Assembly (NCBI RefSeq): GCF_057098645.1
Contig: NZ_CM169472.1
Direction: 5' to 3' (one strand)
Length of the DNA stretch: 64,000 nucleotides
The notes under the pieces are model-generated. The model was not told the DNA's origin and did no database searches. It saw only the letters and a list, made by a program, of their open reading frames with translations. Each line of letters starts with the position of its first letter. Positions within the stretch are counted from its first letter, which is position 1. Below are positions 1-15,104 of this stretch, in pieces. The position numbers were made by a program, and so were the translations under genes.

Positions 1-283
1 TTTATACTGTTTCCCGCAGTTTGCCGACGAAGAAAGTTTGCGGCAGTGGCTGGCGCAACGGCAGATTGCTGCCGATAACCTGACGCAGCTGACCGCGTTT
101 CGGCATACCTTCAGCCATTTCCACTTAGATATTGTGCCTATGTGGCTTCCCGTGTCGTCATTCACCGGCTGCATGGATGAAGGCAATGCGCTCTGGTATA
201 ACTTAGCGCAACCGCCGTCAGTTGGCCTGGCGGCTCCCGTGGAGCGTTTGTTACAGCAGTTACGCACTGGCGCGCCGGTTTAG
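1..283 (+). CDS. mutY: Adenine DNA glycosylase MutY, C-terminal portion (5' end lies upstream of the window)
   Basis: Translation ending ...FRHTFSHFHLDIVPMWLPV...LLQQLRTGAPV matches my recollection of the MutY C-terminus; the frame is open to position 1; synteny with yggX-mltC-nupG. Confidence 0.85.
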   Translation, partial: LYCFPQFADEESLRQWLAQRQIAADNLTQLTAFRHTFSHFHLDIVPMWLPVSSFTGCMDEGNALWYNLAQPPSVGLAAPVERLLQQLRTGAPV

Positions 284-307
284 CGCGTGAGTCGATAAAG
301 AGGATGA

Positions 308-586
<279 letters not shown>

Positions 587-623
587 AAACAGTGCCGGAG
601 CACGCCTCCGGCAGCTTGCTTAA

Positions 624-1730
<1,107 letters not shown>

Positions 1731-1931
1731 TTCCATTAACCGCCCCTGACGATGCTCAGGGGCAAAAATGTTATCCACATCACAATTTCGTTTTGCAAAT
1801 TGGGAATGTTTGCAATTATTTGCCACAGGTAACAAAAAACCAGTCCGCGAAGTTGATAGAATCCCATCATCTCGCACGGTCAAATGTGCTTTTTCAAACA
1901 CTCATCCGCATCACGATGTGAGGAAATTAAC

Positions 1932-3188
1932 ATGAATCTTAAGCTGCAGCTGAAAATCCTCTCTTTTCTGCAGTTCTGTCTGTGGGGAAGTTGGCTGACG
2001 ACCCTCGGCTCCTATATGTTTGTTACCCTGAAGTTTGACGGTGCTTCTATTGGCGCAGTTTATAGTTCACTGGGTATCGCCGCGGTCTTTATGCCTGCGC
2101 TGCTGGGGATTGTGGCCGACAAATGGTTAAGTGCGAAATGGGTATATGCCATTTGCCACACCATTGGCGCTATCACGCTGTTCATGGCGGCACAGGTCAC
2201 GACGCCGGAAGCGATGTTCCTTGTGATATTGATTAACTCGTTTGCTTATATGCCAACGCTTGGGTTAATCAACACCATCTCTTACTATCGCCTGCAAAAT
2301 GCCGGGATGGATATCGTTACTGACTTCCCGCCAATCCGTATCTGGGGCACCATCGGCTTTATCATGGCAATGTGGGTGGTGAGCCTGTCTGGCTTCGAAT
2401 TAAGCCACATGCAGCTGTATATTGGCGCAGCACTTTCCGCCATTCTGGTTCTGTTTACCCTGACTCTGCCGCATATTCCGGTTGCTAAACAGCAAGCGAA
2501 TCAGAGCTGGACAACCCTGCTGGGCCTCGATGCATTCGCGCTGTTTAAAAACAAGCGTATGGCAATCTTCTTCATCTTCTCAATGCTGCTGGGCGCGGAA
2601 CTGCAGATTACCAACATGTTCGGTAATACCTTCCTGCACAGCTTCGACAAAGATCCGATGTTTGCCAGCAGCTTTATTGTGCAGCATGCGTCAATCATCA
2701 TGTCGATTTCGCAGATCTCTGAAACCCTGTTCATTCTGACCATCCCGTTCTTCTTAAGCCGCTACGGTATTAAGAACGTAATGATGATCAGTATTGTGGC
2801 GTGGATCCTGCGTTTTGCGCTGTTTGCTTACGGCGACCCGACTCCGTTCGGTACTGTACTGCTGGTACTGTCGATGATCGTTTACGGTTGCGCATTCGAC
2901 TTCTTCAACATCTCTGGTTCGGTGTTTGTCGAAAAAGAAGTTAGCCCGGCAATTCGCGCCAGTGCACAAGGGATGTTCCTGATGATGACTAACGGCTTCG
3001 GCTGTATCCTCGGCGGCATCGTGAGCGGTAAAGTTGTTGAGATGTACACCCAAAACGGCATTACCGACTGGCAGACCGTATGGTTGATTTTCGCTGGTTA
3101 CTCCGTGGTTCTGGCCTTCGCGTTCATGGCGATGTTCAAATATAAACACGTTCGTGTCCCGACAGGTACACAGACGGTTAGCCACTAA
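1932..3188 (+). CDS. nupG: Nucleoside:H+ symporter NupG
   Basis: ORF beginning MNLKLQLKILSFLQFCLWGSW..., about 418 aa multi-TM permease; the listed ORF starts 16 codons earlier but the internal ATG at 1932 fits the known N-terminus. Confidence 0.9.
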   Translation: MNLKLQLKILSFLQFCLWGSWLTTLGSYMFVTLKFDGASIGAVYSSLGIAAVFMPALLGIVADKWLSAKWVYAICHTIGAITLFMAAQVTTPEAMFLVILINSFAYMPTLGLINTISYYRLQNAGMDIVTDFPPIRIWGTIGFIMAMWVVSLSGFELSHMQLYIGAALSAILVLFTLTLPHIPVAKQQANQSWTTLLGLDAFALFKNKRMAIFFIFSMLLGAELQITNMFGNTFLHSFDKDPMFASSFIVQHASIIMSISQISETLFILTIPFFLSRYGIKNVMMISIVAWILRFALFAYGDPTPFGTVLLVLSMIVYGCAFDFFNISGSVFVEKEVSPAIRASAQGMFLMMTNGFGCILGGIVSGKVVEMYTQNGITDWQTVWLIFAGYSVVLAFAFMAMFKYKHVRVPTGTQTVSH

Positions 3189-3203
3189 TTACGCAAAGAA
3201 AAA

Positions 3204-3233
3204 CGGGTCGCCAGAAGGCGACCCGTTTTTTTT
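3204..3233. terminator. Bidirectional rho-independent terminator between convergent nupG and speC
   Basis: GC-rich inverted repeat cgggtcgcc-agaa-ggcgacccg followed by a T-run on the + strand and an A-run 5' of it. Confidence 0.55.
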
Positions 3234-3237
3234 ATTC

Positions 3238-5373
3238 TTACTTCAACACATAACCGTACAACCGTTTCATGCCATCCGCATCGGTTTCGCTATAAACACC
3301 TTGCAGCTCCGGCGAAAATCCCGGCAACAAATTCACCCCTTCTTCCAGTGCAAGGAAATAACGTTGAACCGCCCCACCCCAGACTTCCCCGGGTACCACG
3401 CAAAGCACGCCAGGTGGATAAGGCAACGCCCCTTCTGCCGCAATTCGCCCTTCGGCATCACGAATCCGCACCAACTCCACGTCACCGCGAATATAAGCGC
3501 TATGCGCATCCTGGGGGTTCATCACCACTGACGGGAAACTCTGCTGGCGGAACATCGCTTTTTGTAGGTCTTTGACGTCGAAACTGACATACAGATCGTG
3601 CATCTCCTGACACAACTGGCGCAGGGTGTAGTCGCGATAGCGCACCGGATATTTGTTATAAACGCTCGGCAACACCTCAGCCAGCGGCGAGTCATCCTCA
3701 ATATGCTGTTCAAATTGCGCCAGCATCGCCACCAGTTGTGCCAGCTTCTCTTGGCTTTCCGCCGGAGTTAATAAGAACAGAATGGAGTTGAGATCGCACT
3801 TCTCCGGCACAATGCCGTTCTCACGCAGATAGTGCGCCAGAATCGTCGCCGGAACGCCAAAGTCGCTATACTCGCCGGTTTCGGCATCGATACCTGGTGT
3901 AGTGAGTAACAGCTTGCACGGATCAACAAAATACTGATCCGCGGCATATCCTTCAAAGCCGTGCCACTTCGCCCCCGGCTCAAAACTGAAAAAACGGCGG
4001 TCGCTGGCTAACACTGATGTCGGATAATCCTGCCACAATTTGCCATCAACAACGGGCGGGATAAACGGGCGGAACAGCTTACAGCGCGCAAGAATAGCCT
4101 TGCGCGACTCAATACCCAACTCAACGCACTCAGCCCACAGCCGACGCCCACTCTCCCCTTCATGAATTTTGGCGTTAACATCCAGTGCAGCAAACAGCGG
4201 ATAGAAAGGGCTGGTAGAAGCATGGAGCATAAAGGCGTTATTCAACCGCTTATGCGGGCAAAAACGCGCCTGTCCGCGGATATGGTTATCTTTTTTATGG
4301 ATCTGCGACGTCTGTGAGAATCCCGCCTGCTGTTTGTGCACCGACTGAGTCACAAAGATCCCTGGATCGTTTTCGTTAAGTTCTAACAGCAGCGGCGAGC
4401 TATCCGCCATCATCGGGATAAACTGTTCGTAACCGACCCACGCGGAATCAAACAGAATGTAATCACACAGATGCCCAATGGTATCGATCACCTGACGGGC
4501 GTTATAGACAGTGCCGTCATAGGTTCCCAGCTGAATAATCGCCAGGCGAAACGGGCGCGGCAGGTCGGCTTTTTCTGGCGCAACGTCGCGAATTTGCTGG
4601 CGCAGATACTCTTCATTAAAACAGTGCGCATCAATACCGCCAATGAAACCAAACGGGTTGCGTGAAGCTTCCAGATAGACCGGCGTCGCCCCCGCCTGAA
4701 TCAGCGCGCCGTGATGATTCGACTTATGGTTGTTACGGTCGAAGAGCACCAGATCGCCACGCGTTAATAGCGCATTCGTCACCACTTTATTCGCTGCCGA
4801 TGTGCCGTTCAGTACAAAATAGGTTTTATCGGCATGAAAGACTTTGGCTGCGAATTTCTGCGCATCTTTCGCCGATCCTTCATGAATAAGCAGATCGCCC
4901 AATTTTACGTCAGCATTACACATATCGGCGCGAAAGACGTTCTCACCAAAGAAATCGTAAAAATGGCGTCCGGCAGGATGCTTTTTAAAAAACGCACCAT
5001 GTTGATGCCCAGGGCAAGCAAAGGTGCTGTTGCCCATCTCAACGTACTGCGTCAGCGTGTCATAAAACGGTGGCAGCAAATTCTCTTCATACTGACAGGC
5101 TGCGGATTCCAGCTCCAGCCAATGCTGCTCGTTGCCGTTGATTACCGCCGTAACGCCCGCAGGTAATTCAACAGCATGTTCGGAATACAAAAACACCGGT
5201 AGATGAAAACCGGTGCGCTTAAGCAACGTAAGAATGCCACTGCGACTATCCGCAGCGGTAATGACGACTGCCGCGACGTCCGTAAAATCAGTATCTCCCA
5301 ACGCCACCACGCGGCGATGAGTAGAAAGTCGGGATACCAGTTCACTACTGGCGGCAATATTCATTGATTTCAT
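3238..5373 (-). CDS. speC: Ornithine decarboxylase (biosynthetic), SpeC
   Basis: Long ORF; internal start MKSMNIAASSELVSRLSTHRRVVALGDTDFTD... gives 711 aa; fold-type I PLP decarboxylase features; conserved position next to nupG. Confidence 0.9.
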   Translation of the reverse strand: MKSMNIAASSELVSRLSTHRRVVALGDTDFTDVAAVVITAADSRSGILTLLKRTGFHLPVFLYSEHAVELPAGVTAVINGNEQHWLELESAACQYEENLLPPFYDTLTQYVEMGNSTFACPGHQHGAFFKKHPAGRHFYDFFGENVFRADMCNADVKLGDLLIHEGSAKDAQKFAAKVFHADKTYFVLNGTSAANKVVTNALLTRGDLVLFDRNNHKSNHHGALIQAGATPVYLEASRNPFGFIGGIDAHCFNEEYLRQQIRDVAPEKADLPRPFRLAIIQLGTYDGTVYNARQVIDTIGHLCDYILFDSAWVGYEQFIPMMADSSPLLLELNENDPGIFVTQSVHKQQAGFSQTSQIHKKDNHIRGQARFCPHKRLNNAFMLHASTSPFYPLFAALDVNAKIHEGESGRRLWAECVELGIESRKAILARCKLFRPFIPPVVDGKLWQDYPTSVLASDRRFFSFEPGAKWHGFEGYAADQYFVDPCKLLLTTPGIDAETGEYSDFGVPATILAHYLRENGIVPEKCDLNSILFLLTPAESQEKLAQLVAMLAQFEQHIEDDSPLAEVLPSVYNKYPVRYRDYTLRQLCQEMHDLYVSFDVKDLQKAMFRQQSFPSVVMNPQDAHSAYIRGDVELVRIRDAEGRIAAEGALPYPPGVLCVVPGEVWGGAVQRYFLALEEGVNLLPGFSPELQGVYSETDADGMKRLYGYVLK

Positions 5374-5771
5374 AAGCGCAAAACCCGTTTCGGGGAAGTA
5401 AGAATACCGGACAAGGTGTAAAACCCTGCCCCATGAGATATGGGTCAAACTGGTCACCAGCTCCGACCGCCAGACATCAGTAAAAGCAGAAACGCTCTGA
5501 TTTTACTGTTGTCCTGCAGTGAACGTGCGTTAACTTCACCGCATGAGCAGTAGCATAAAAAGAGAAGGGTTTCGCGCGAAACGGCGATAAGCGAGAGAAT
5601 GTAAGGAGATGGCGTGCATCGGGCAAACTCCGTACAGAGAGGAGAAAATTCGCGCAATCATGGCACCTTTCGCTAAGACGTGCAAGCCAGGACTTTGCGA
5701 CCAGACAAGCCATCAACAAGGCAAAAAGTTCATAATAAGAAAATCAAACAATACAGTTAACAGGAACTCTT

Positions 5772-6479
5772 GTGGTCATCGGCCCTTTTATCAACGCAAG
5801 TGCAGTATTACTGGGTGGCTTGCTCGGTGCACTGCTTAGCCAACGCTTACCGGAACGTATCCGCGTCTCCATGACATCAATTTTTGGTCTGGCATCGCTG
5901 GGGATTGGTATTTTACTGGTGGTGAAATGCGCCAACCTTCCAGCGATGGTTTTAGCAACCTTACTCGGAGCATTAATCGGCGAAATTTGTCTGCTGGAGA
6001 AAGGCGTCAATACAGCGGTCGCCAAAGCACAAAATCTGTTTCGTCACTCACGTAAGAAGCCAGCGCATGAATCTTTTATTCAGAATTATGTCGCGATTAT
6101 TGTCCTGTTTTGCGCCAGCGGCACCGGGATCTTCGGGGCGATGAACGAAGGGATGACCGGCGATCCGAGTATTTTAATCGCCAAGTCATTTCTTGATTTC
6201 TTTACGGCGATGATCTTCGCCTGCTCGCTGGGTATTGCGGTATCGGTGATTAGTATCCCATTACTGATCATCCAGTTAACGCTGGCGTGGGCTGCCGCGC
6301 TGATATTACCGCTGACCACACCGTCGATGATGGCAGACTTCAGCGCCGTAGGCGGTTTATTGCTGCTGGCAACCGGATTACGCATCTGTGGCATTAAAAT
6401 GTTCCCGGTGGTCAACATGCTTCCAGCACTCCTTCTGGCAATGCCGCTTTCCGCCGCCTGGACCGCCTGGTTTGCCTGA
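5772..6479 (+). CDS. yqgA: DUF554-family inner membrane protein YqgA (GTG start)
   Basis: 235 aa hydrophobic ORF MVIGPFINASAVLLGGLLGALLSQRLPERIRVSM...; conserved neighbour of pheV. Confidence 0.85.
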   Translation: MVIGPFINASAVLLGGLLGALLSQRLPERIRVSMTSIFGLASLGIGILLVVKCANLPAMVLATLLGALIGEICLLEKGVNTAVAKAQNLFRHSRKKPAHESFIQNYVAIIVLFCASGTGIFGAMNEGMTGDPSILIAKSFLDFFTAMIFACSLGIAVSVISIPLLIIQLTLAWAAALILPLTTPSMMADFSAVGGLLLLATGLRICGIKMFPVVNMLPALLLAMPLSAAWTAWFA

Positions 6480-6584
6480 CAATGCGTGCAATAGCGGCAA
6501 AGTGATGATAGATTGTGCAGTCTGCAGTAAATTGAAGAAATTTGATTGACGAGACGAGGCGAATCAGGTTTAATGCGCCCCGTT

Positions 6585-6660
6585 GCCCGGATAGCTCAGT
6601 CGGTAGAGCAGGGGATTGAAAATCCCCGTGTCCTTGGTTCGATTCCGAGTCCGGGCACCA
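6585..6660 (+). tRNA. pheV: tRNA-Phe (GAA anticodon)
   Basis: 76 nt GCCCGGATAGCTCAGTCGGTAGAGCAGGGGATTGAAAATCCCCGTGTCCTTGGTTCGATTCCGAGTCCGGGCACCA; cloverleaf with GAA anticodon in the loop; called pheV by synteny with yqgA. Confidence 0.95.
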
Positions 6661-6672
6661 AATTCATATCAA

Positions 6673-6698
6673 CGGACCTCCACGGAGGTCCGTTTTTC
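6673..6698 (+). terminator. Rho-independent terminator downstream of pheV
   Basis: Inverted repeat cggacctcc / ggaggtccg followed by TTTTT. Confidence 0.6.
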
Positions 6699-6857
6699 GT
6701 TTCAGAACGCCACAATTTAAGCGTTCTGCCTCCAAATCAATTCTACCGAACTCAACCAGATTCCCCCCACATCAACCCCATTGTGTGGGTATAATTGCGG
6801 GTATACCCCAGTTCGACAGAATTTGTACCCTCTTTAACGCATTCAGAAGGCTGAACT

Positions 6858-8120
6858 ATGGCACTGACTGACGCAAAAATCCGGGCTGCAAAGCCCACTG
6901 ACAAGGCTTATAAACTCACTGACGGGGCCGGCATGTTCCTGCTGGTTCATCCTAATGGTTCCCGTTACTGGCGTCTCCGTTATCGTATTCTGGGTAAGGA
7001 GAAAACCCTGGCACTTGGTGTGTATCCCGAAGTTTCTCTCTCCGAAGCTCGTACAAAACGGGATGAGGCCCGAAAACTGATTTCGGAGGGGGTTGACCCT
7101 TGCGAACAGAAAAGAGCTAAAAAAGTAGTCCCTGATTTACAACTCTCTTTTGAACATATTGCACGACGCTGGCATGCCAGTAATAAACAATGGGCACAAT
7201 CACACAGCGATAAAGTACTCAAAAGCCTCGAGACACACGTTTTCCCCTTTATCGGCAACCGGGATATCACAACACTCAGTACCCCGGAGCTGCTTATCCC
7301 TGTTCGTGCTGCAGAAGCTAAACAAATTTATGAAATCGCCAGTCGTCTGCAGCAAAGAATATCTGCTGTAATGCGTTATGCCGTACAGTCTGGCATCATC
7401 AGATATAACCCGGCTCTGGATATGGCTGGTGCATTGACCACGGTAAAACGCCAGCATCGCCCTGCTCTGGATCTTTCACGCCTGCCTGAACTTCTGTCGC
7501 GTATTGACGGTTATAAAGGCCAGCCTGTCACCCGACTGGCAGTTATGCTGAATTTACTGGTTTTTATTCGTTCCAGTGAACTCAGATATGCCCGCTGGTC
7601 TGAAATTGATATTGACAATGCCATGTGGACTATTCCAGCCGAACGCGAACCTCTGCCAGGCGTAAAATTTTCATACCGGGGCTCCAAGATGCGAACACCA
7701 CATCTTGTGCCACTCAGCCAACAGGCTGTAGCCATACTGGCAGAACTTCAGACATGGGCAGGTGAAAATGGTCTGATCTTTACGGGAGCACATGACCCAC
7801 GTAAACCAATCAGTGAAAACACCGTAAATAAAGCCCTGAGGGTTATGGGGTATGACACAACCCAGGATGTCTGTGGTCATGGATTCCGGGCGATGGCATG
7901 TAGTGCATTAATAGAATCAGGTTTGTGGTCCCGCGATGCTGTAGAACGCCAGATGAGCCATCAGGAGCGTAATGGTGTACGTGCTGCGTATATCCATAAA
8001 GCCGAACATCTGGAAGAACGTCGACTTATGCTACAGTGGTGGGCAGATTTTCTGGATGCGAACAGAGAACAATGTATCAGCCCGTTTGAATATGCAAAGA
8101 TTAACAATCCATTAAAATAG
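6858..8120 (+). CDS. P4-type tyrosine integrase (phage/island integrase)
   Basis: 420 aa ORF MALTDAKIRAAKPTDKAYKLTDGAGMFLLVHPNGSRYWRLRYRILGKEKTLALGVYPEVSLSEAR... typical N-terminus of P4-like integrases; sits immediately 3' of a tRNA gene. Confidence 0.9.
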   Translation: MALTDAKIRAAKPTDKAYKLTDGAGMFLLVHPNGSRYWRLRYRILGKEKTLALGVYPEVSLSEARTKRDEARKLISEGVDPCEQKRAKKVVPDLQLSFEHIARRWHASNKQWAQSHSDKVLKSLETHVFPFIGNRDITTLSTPELLIPVRAAEAKQIYEIASRLQQRISAVMRYAVQSGIIRYNPALDMAGALTTVKRQHRPALDLSRLPELLSRIDGYKGQPVTRLAVMLNLLVFIRSSELRYARWSEIDIDNAMWTIPAEREPLPGVKFSYRGSKMRTPHLVPLSQQAVAILAELQTWAGENGLIFTGAHDPRKPISENTVNKALRVMGYDTTQDVCGHGFRAMACSALIESGLWSRDAVERQMSHQERNGVRAAYIHKAEHLEERRLMLQWWADFLDANREQCISPFEYAKINNPLK

Positions 8121-8127
8121 TAATCAT

Positions 8128-8157
8128 CCCGGGCAGCCAGCCCGGGAATTATTTTCT
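8128..8157 (+). terminator. Terminator-like hairpin after the integrase gene
   Basis: cccgggcagccagcccggg perfect inverted repeat followed by a T-rich run. Confidence 0.45.
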
Positions 8158-8305
8158 GAATATTTTTCTTTGTGAGTAACTGGAAAAAGGATAGCGAAGT
8201 AAATTACTTTAATGAATTATTCCAGGGGCTCATTAAAGTTCTTTCGTAATACTTTGTAGTCAAACACGTTATGGCTGGCATCAAAAACCAGGTAATGACT
8301 CCAAC

Positions 8306-8794
8306 TTATTGATAGTGTTTTATGTTCAGATAATGCCCGATGACCTTGTCATGCAGCTCCACCGATTTTGAGAACGACAGTGACTTCCGTCCCAGCCTTG
8401 CCAGATGTTGTCTCAGATTATGTCGCTCAATGCGCTGAGTGTAACGCTTGCTGATAACGTGCAGCTTTCCCTTCAGGCGTGATTCATACAGCGGCCAGCC
8501 ATCCGTCATCTATACCACGACCTCAAAGGCCGACAGCAGGCTCAGAATACGCTCCAGTGTGGCCAGAGTGCAGACGTGCGCCACAACCGTCCTCCGTATC
8601 CTGTCATACGCGTAAAACAGCCAGCGCTGACGTGATTTAGCACCGACGTAGCCCCACTGTTCGTCCATTTCAGCGCAGACAATCACATCACTGCCCGGTT
8701 GTATGCGCGAGGTTACCGACTGCGGCCTGAGTTTTTTAAGTGACGTAAAACCGTGTTGAGGCCAACGCCCATAATGCGTGCACTGGCGCGACAT
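8306..8794 (-). pseudogene. insB: IS1 insB interrupted by an in-frame TAG
   Basis: Two in-frame ORFs (8510-8794 and 8306-8509) separated by TAG at 8510-8512; the reference has a Trp codon at this position as I recall (...VVIWMTDGW vs ...VVV*MTDGW here). Confidence 0.75.
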
Positions 8795-8988
8795 CCGACG
8801 CCATTCATGGCCATATCAATGATTTTCTGGTGCTTACCGGGCTGAAAGGCGGTGTAAGTGAACTGTAGTTGCCATGTTTTACGGCAATGAGAGCAGAGAT
8901 AGCGCTGATGTCCGGCAGTGCTTTTGCCGTTACGCACCACGCCTTCAGTAGCGGAGCAGGAAGGACATCTGATGGAAATGGAAGCCAC
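8713..8988 (-). CDS. insA: IS1 InsA
   Basis: 91 aa [47 protein letters not shown]... zinc-finger InsA. Confidence 0.9.
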   Translation of the reverse strand: MASISIRCPSCSATEGVVRNGKSTAGHQRYLCSHCRKTWQLQFTYTAFQPGKHQKIIDMAMNGVGCRASARIMGVGLNTVLRHLKNSGRSR

Positions 8989-9214
8989 GCAAGCACCTTA
9001 AAATCACCATCATACACTAAATCAGTAAGTTGGCAGCATTACCGAAATCCCCATCCTTTAGGGCAGTGAGGATGTCAATAATAGCAGACCACATCATGAG
9101 TCATTTTGACCGACACATGCCAGAAGCAGAGGCTCCATCCCATTTTATACCTACCCTATAACACTTAGAAAAACAACATGTTAAAAATGTCTATTGGAAA
9201 CAATTTTATTTCCA

Positions 9215-9240
9215 ATTGTAATGATAACCATTCTCATATT
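9215..9240 (+). promoter_or_regulatory. Fur box in the fecIR promoter region
   Basis: tgtaatgataaccattctcatattaat resembles the Fur consensus gataatgataatcattatc and lies about 45 bp upstream of the fecI start. Confidence 0.5.
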
Positions 9241-9279
9241 AATATGGCTACGTGATAATTAACTTTTGATGCACTCCGC

Positions 9280-9797
9280 ATGTCTGACCGCGCCACTACC
9301 ACTGCTTCCTTAACGTTCGAGTCGCTTTATGGCACACATCACGGCTGGTTGAAAAGCTGGCTGACGCGCAAACTCCAGTCTGCTTTTGATGCAGATGACA
9401 TTGCCCAGGACACTTTTTTGCGGGTAATGGTCAGCGAAACGCTCTCGACGATCCGCGATCCTCGCTCCTTCCTGTGCACTATCGCCAAACGCGTGATGGT
9501 GGACCTGTTTCGCCGAAACGCGCTGGAAAAAGCGTATCTGGAGATGCTGGCGCTTATGCCGGAGGGGGGAGCGCCTTCACCTGAGGAACGCGAAAGCCAA
9601 CTCGAGACCCTACAACTCCTCGACAGCATGCTGGACGGGCTAAACGGCAAAACACGTGAAGCGTTTCTGCTTTCGCAACTGGATGGTCTGACATACAGCG
9701 AGATTGCGCACAAACTCGGTGTTTCCATCAGCTCCGTGAAAAAATACGTGGCGAAAGCCGTCGAGCACTGCCTGCTGTTCCGTCTGGAGTATGGGTT

Positions 9798-9801
<4 letters not shown>
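9280..9801 (+). CDS. fecI: ECF sigma factor FecI
   Basis: 173 aa, sigma-70 region 2 and region 4 features; first gene of the fec locus. Confidence 0.92.
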
Positions 9802-13162
<3,361 letters not shown>

Positions 13163-13206
13163 TGTGTTAACGCCCGGCTTGCCGGGCTTTTAGCTGGAAT
13201 GTGATT

Positions 13207-14109
13207 ATGTTGGCATTTATCCGTTTTCTTTTTGCAGGCCTGCTGCTGGTGATCAGCCACGCCTTTGCCGCCACGGTTCAGGACGAACACGGCACGTTTA
13301 CACTCGAAAAAACGCCACAACGGATTGTGGTGCTGGAACTCTCGTTCGCCGATGCGCTGGCCGCCGTGGACGTCAGCCCGATCGGTATTGCCGACGATAA
13401 CGATGCAAAACGCATCCTGCCCGAAGTGCGTGCGCACCTGAAACCGTGGCAGTCCGTCGGAACGCGCGCGCAGCCGAGCCTGGAAGCCATTGCCGCTCTG
13501 AAACCAGACCTGATCATTGCCGACAGCAGTCGCCATGCGGGGGTTTACATCGCCTTGCAGCAAATCGCGCCGGTACTGCTGCTTAAGTCCCGCAACGAAA
13601 CCTACGCTGAAAATTTGCAATCTGCGGCTATCATCGGCGAAATGGTGGGTAAAAAGCGAGAGATGCAGGCACGTCTGGAACAACATAAAGAGAGGATGGC
13701 GCAGTGGGCCAGCCAGCTTCCCAAAGGGACACGCGTGGCCTTTGGCACATCACGCGAACAGCAATTCAACCTGCATACTCAGGAGACCTGGACCGGCAGC
13801 GTGCTGGCCTCTCTGGGGCTGAACGTTCCCGCTGCGATGGCGGGTGCGTCCATGCCGTCCATCGGCCTGGAGCAACTGCTGGCGGTCAATCCTGCCTGGC
13901 TGCTGGTTGCCCACTATCGCGAAGAGAGCATTGTTAAACGCTGGCAACAAGATCCGCTCTGGCAGATGTTAACCGCCGCGCAGAAGCAGCAGGTTGCTTC
14001 GGTCGACAGTAACACCTGGGCGCGGATGCGCGGTATTTTTGCTGCAGAGCGTATTGCCGCTGACACGGTAAAAATCTTCCACCATCAGCCGCTTACCGTT
14101 GTGAAATGA
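13207..14109 (+). CDS. fecB: Periplasmic ferric citrate binding protein FecB
   Basis: 300 aa from the ATG at 13207 (MLAFIRFLFAGLLLV...), signal peptide. Confidence 0.9.
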   Translation: MLAFIRFLFAGLLLVISHAFAATVQDEHGTFTLEKTPQRIVVLELSFADALAAVDVSPIGIADDNDAKRILPEVRAHLKPWQSVGTRAQPSLEAIAALKPDLIIADSSRHAGVYIALQQIAPVLLLKSRNETYAENLQSAAIIGEMVGKKREMQARLEQHKERMAQWASQLPKGTRVAFGTSREQQFNLHTQETWTGSVLASLGLNVPAAMAGASMPSIGLEQLLAVNPAWLLVAHYREESIVKRWQQDPLWQMLTAAQKQQVASVDSNTWARMRGIFAAERIAADTVKIFHHQPLTVVK

Positions 14110-15104
14110 CCGCGATAAAACACCCGGTGCTGCTGTGGGGGCTTCCCGTTGCAGCACTTATTATTATTTTCTGGCTGAGTCTGTTTTGCTACTCGGCCAT
14201 TCCTGTTTCCGGAGCAGATGCAACCCGCGCCCTGCTGCCTGGACACACGCCAACGCTACCAGAAGCGCTGGTGCAAAACCTTCGTTTGCCACGAAGCCTC
14301 GTCGCCGTTCTGATCGGCGCAAGCCTGGCGCTCGCGGGCACGCTGCTGCAAACCCTGACCCACAACCCAATGGCCTCTCCTTCACTGCTCGGCATTAACA
14401 GCGGCGCGGCGCTGGCTATGGCGCTTACCAGCGCGCTGAGTCCGACGCCGATTGCAGGCTATTCTCTGTCGTTCATCGCGGCATGCGGGGGCGGCGTGAG
14501 CTGGCTGCTGGTCATGACCGCAGGAGGCGGATTTCGTCATACCCATGACAGAAACAAACTGATCCTCGCGGGTATCGCGCTGTCGGCCTTTTGTATGGGC
14601 CTTACCCGCATCACCCTGCTGCTGGCCGAAGATCATGCTTACGGCATCTTTTACTGGCTGGCAGGCGGAGTGTCCCACGCCCGCTGGCAGGATGTCTGGC
14701 AGCTCTTGCCGGTGGTGGTCACTGCAGTCCCTGTCGTGTTGCTGCTGGCGAATCAACTGAACCTGCTCAACCTCAGCGACAGCACCGCCCATACGCTGGG
14801 AGTGAACCTGACGAGGCTACGTTTGGTCATCAATATGTTAGTGCTGCTTCTGGTTGGTGCGTGCGTTAGCGTGGCAGGTCCGGTGGCGTTTATCGGTCTG
14901 CTGGTGCCACATCTGGCGCGCTTCTGGGCAGGCTTCGATCAGCGCAACGTACTGCCAGTGAGCATGCTGCTGGGGGCCACGCTGATGCTGCTGGCAGATG
15001 TACTCGCACGCGCGCTGGCCTTCCCCGGAGATCTGCCCGCAGGCGCAGTGCTGGCGCTGATTGGCAGCCCTTGCTTTGTCTGGCTTGTGAGGAGGCGAGG
15101 ATGA
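14106..15104 (+). CDS. fecC: Ferric citrate ABC transporter permease FecC
   Basis: 332 aa FecCD-family permease, multiple TM helices. Confidence 0.9.
   Translation: MTAIKHPVLLWGLPVAALIIIFWLSLFCYSAIPVSGADATRALLPGHTPTLPEALVQNLRLPRSLVAVLIGASLALAGTLLQTLTHNPMASPSLLGINSGAALAMALTSALSPTPIAGYSLSFIAACGGGVSWLLVMTAGGGFRHTHDRNKLILAGIALSAFCMGLTRITLLLAEDHAYGIFYWLAGGVSHARWQDVWQLLPVVVTAVPVVLLLANQLNLLNLSDSTAHTLGVNLTRLRLVINMLVLLLVGACVSVAGPVAFIGLLVPHLARFWAGFDQRNVLPVSMLLGATLMLLADVLARALAFPGDLPAGAVLALIGSPCFVWLVRRRG

Larger units (their letters stand above)
8291..9043 (-). mobile_element. IS1 insertion sequence (probably non-autonomous copy)
   Basis: Terminal sequences ggtaatgactccaacttattgatag (8291) and gttggcagcattacc (to 9043) match IS1 inverted repeats; contains insA and a disrupted insB. 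The 9 bp flanks differ (caaaaacca vs gaaatcccc), so no target-site duplication is seen. Confidence 0.85.
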
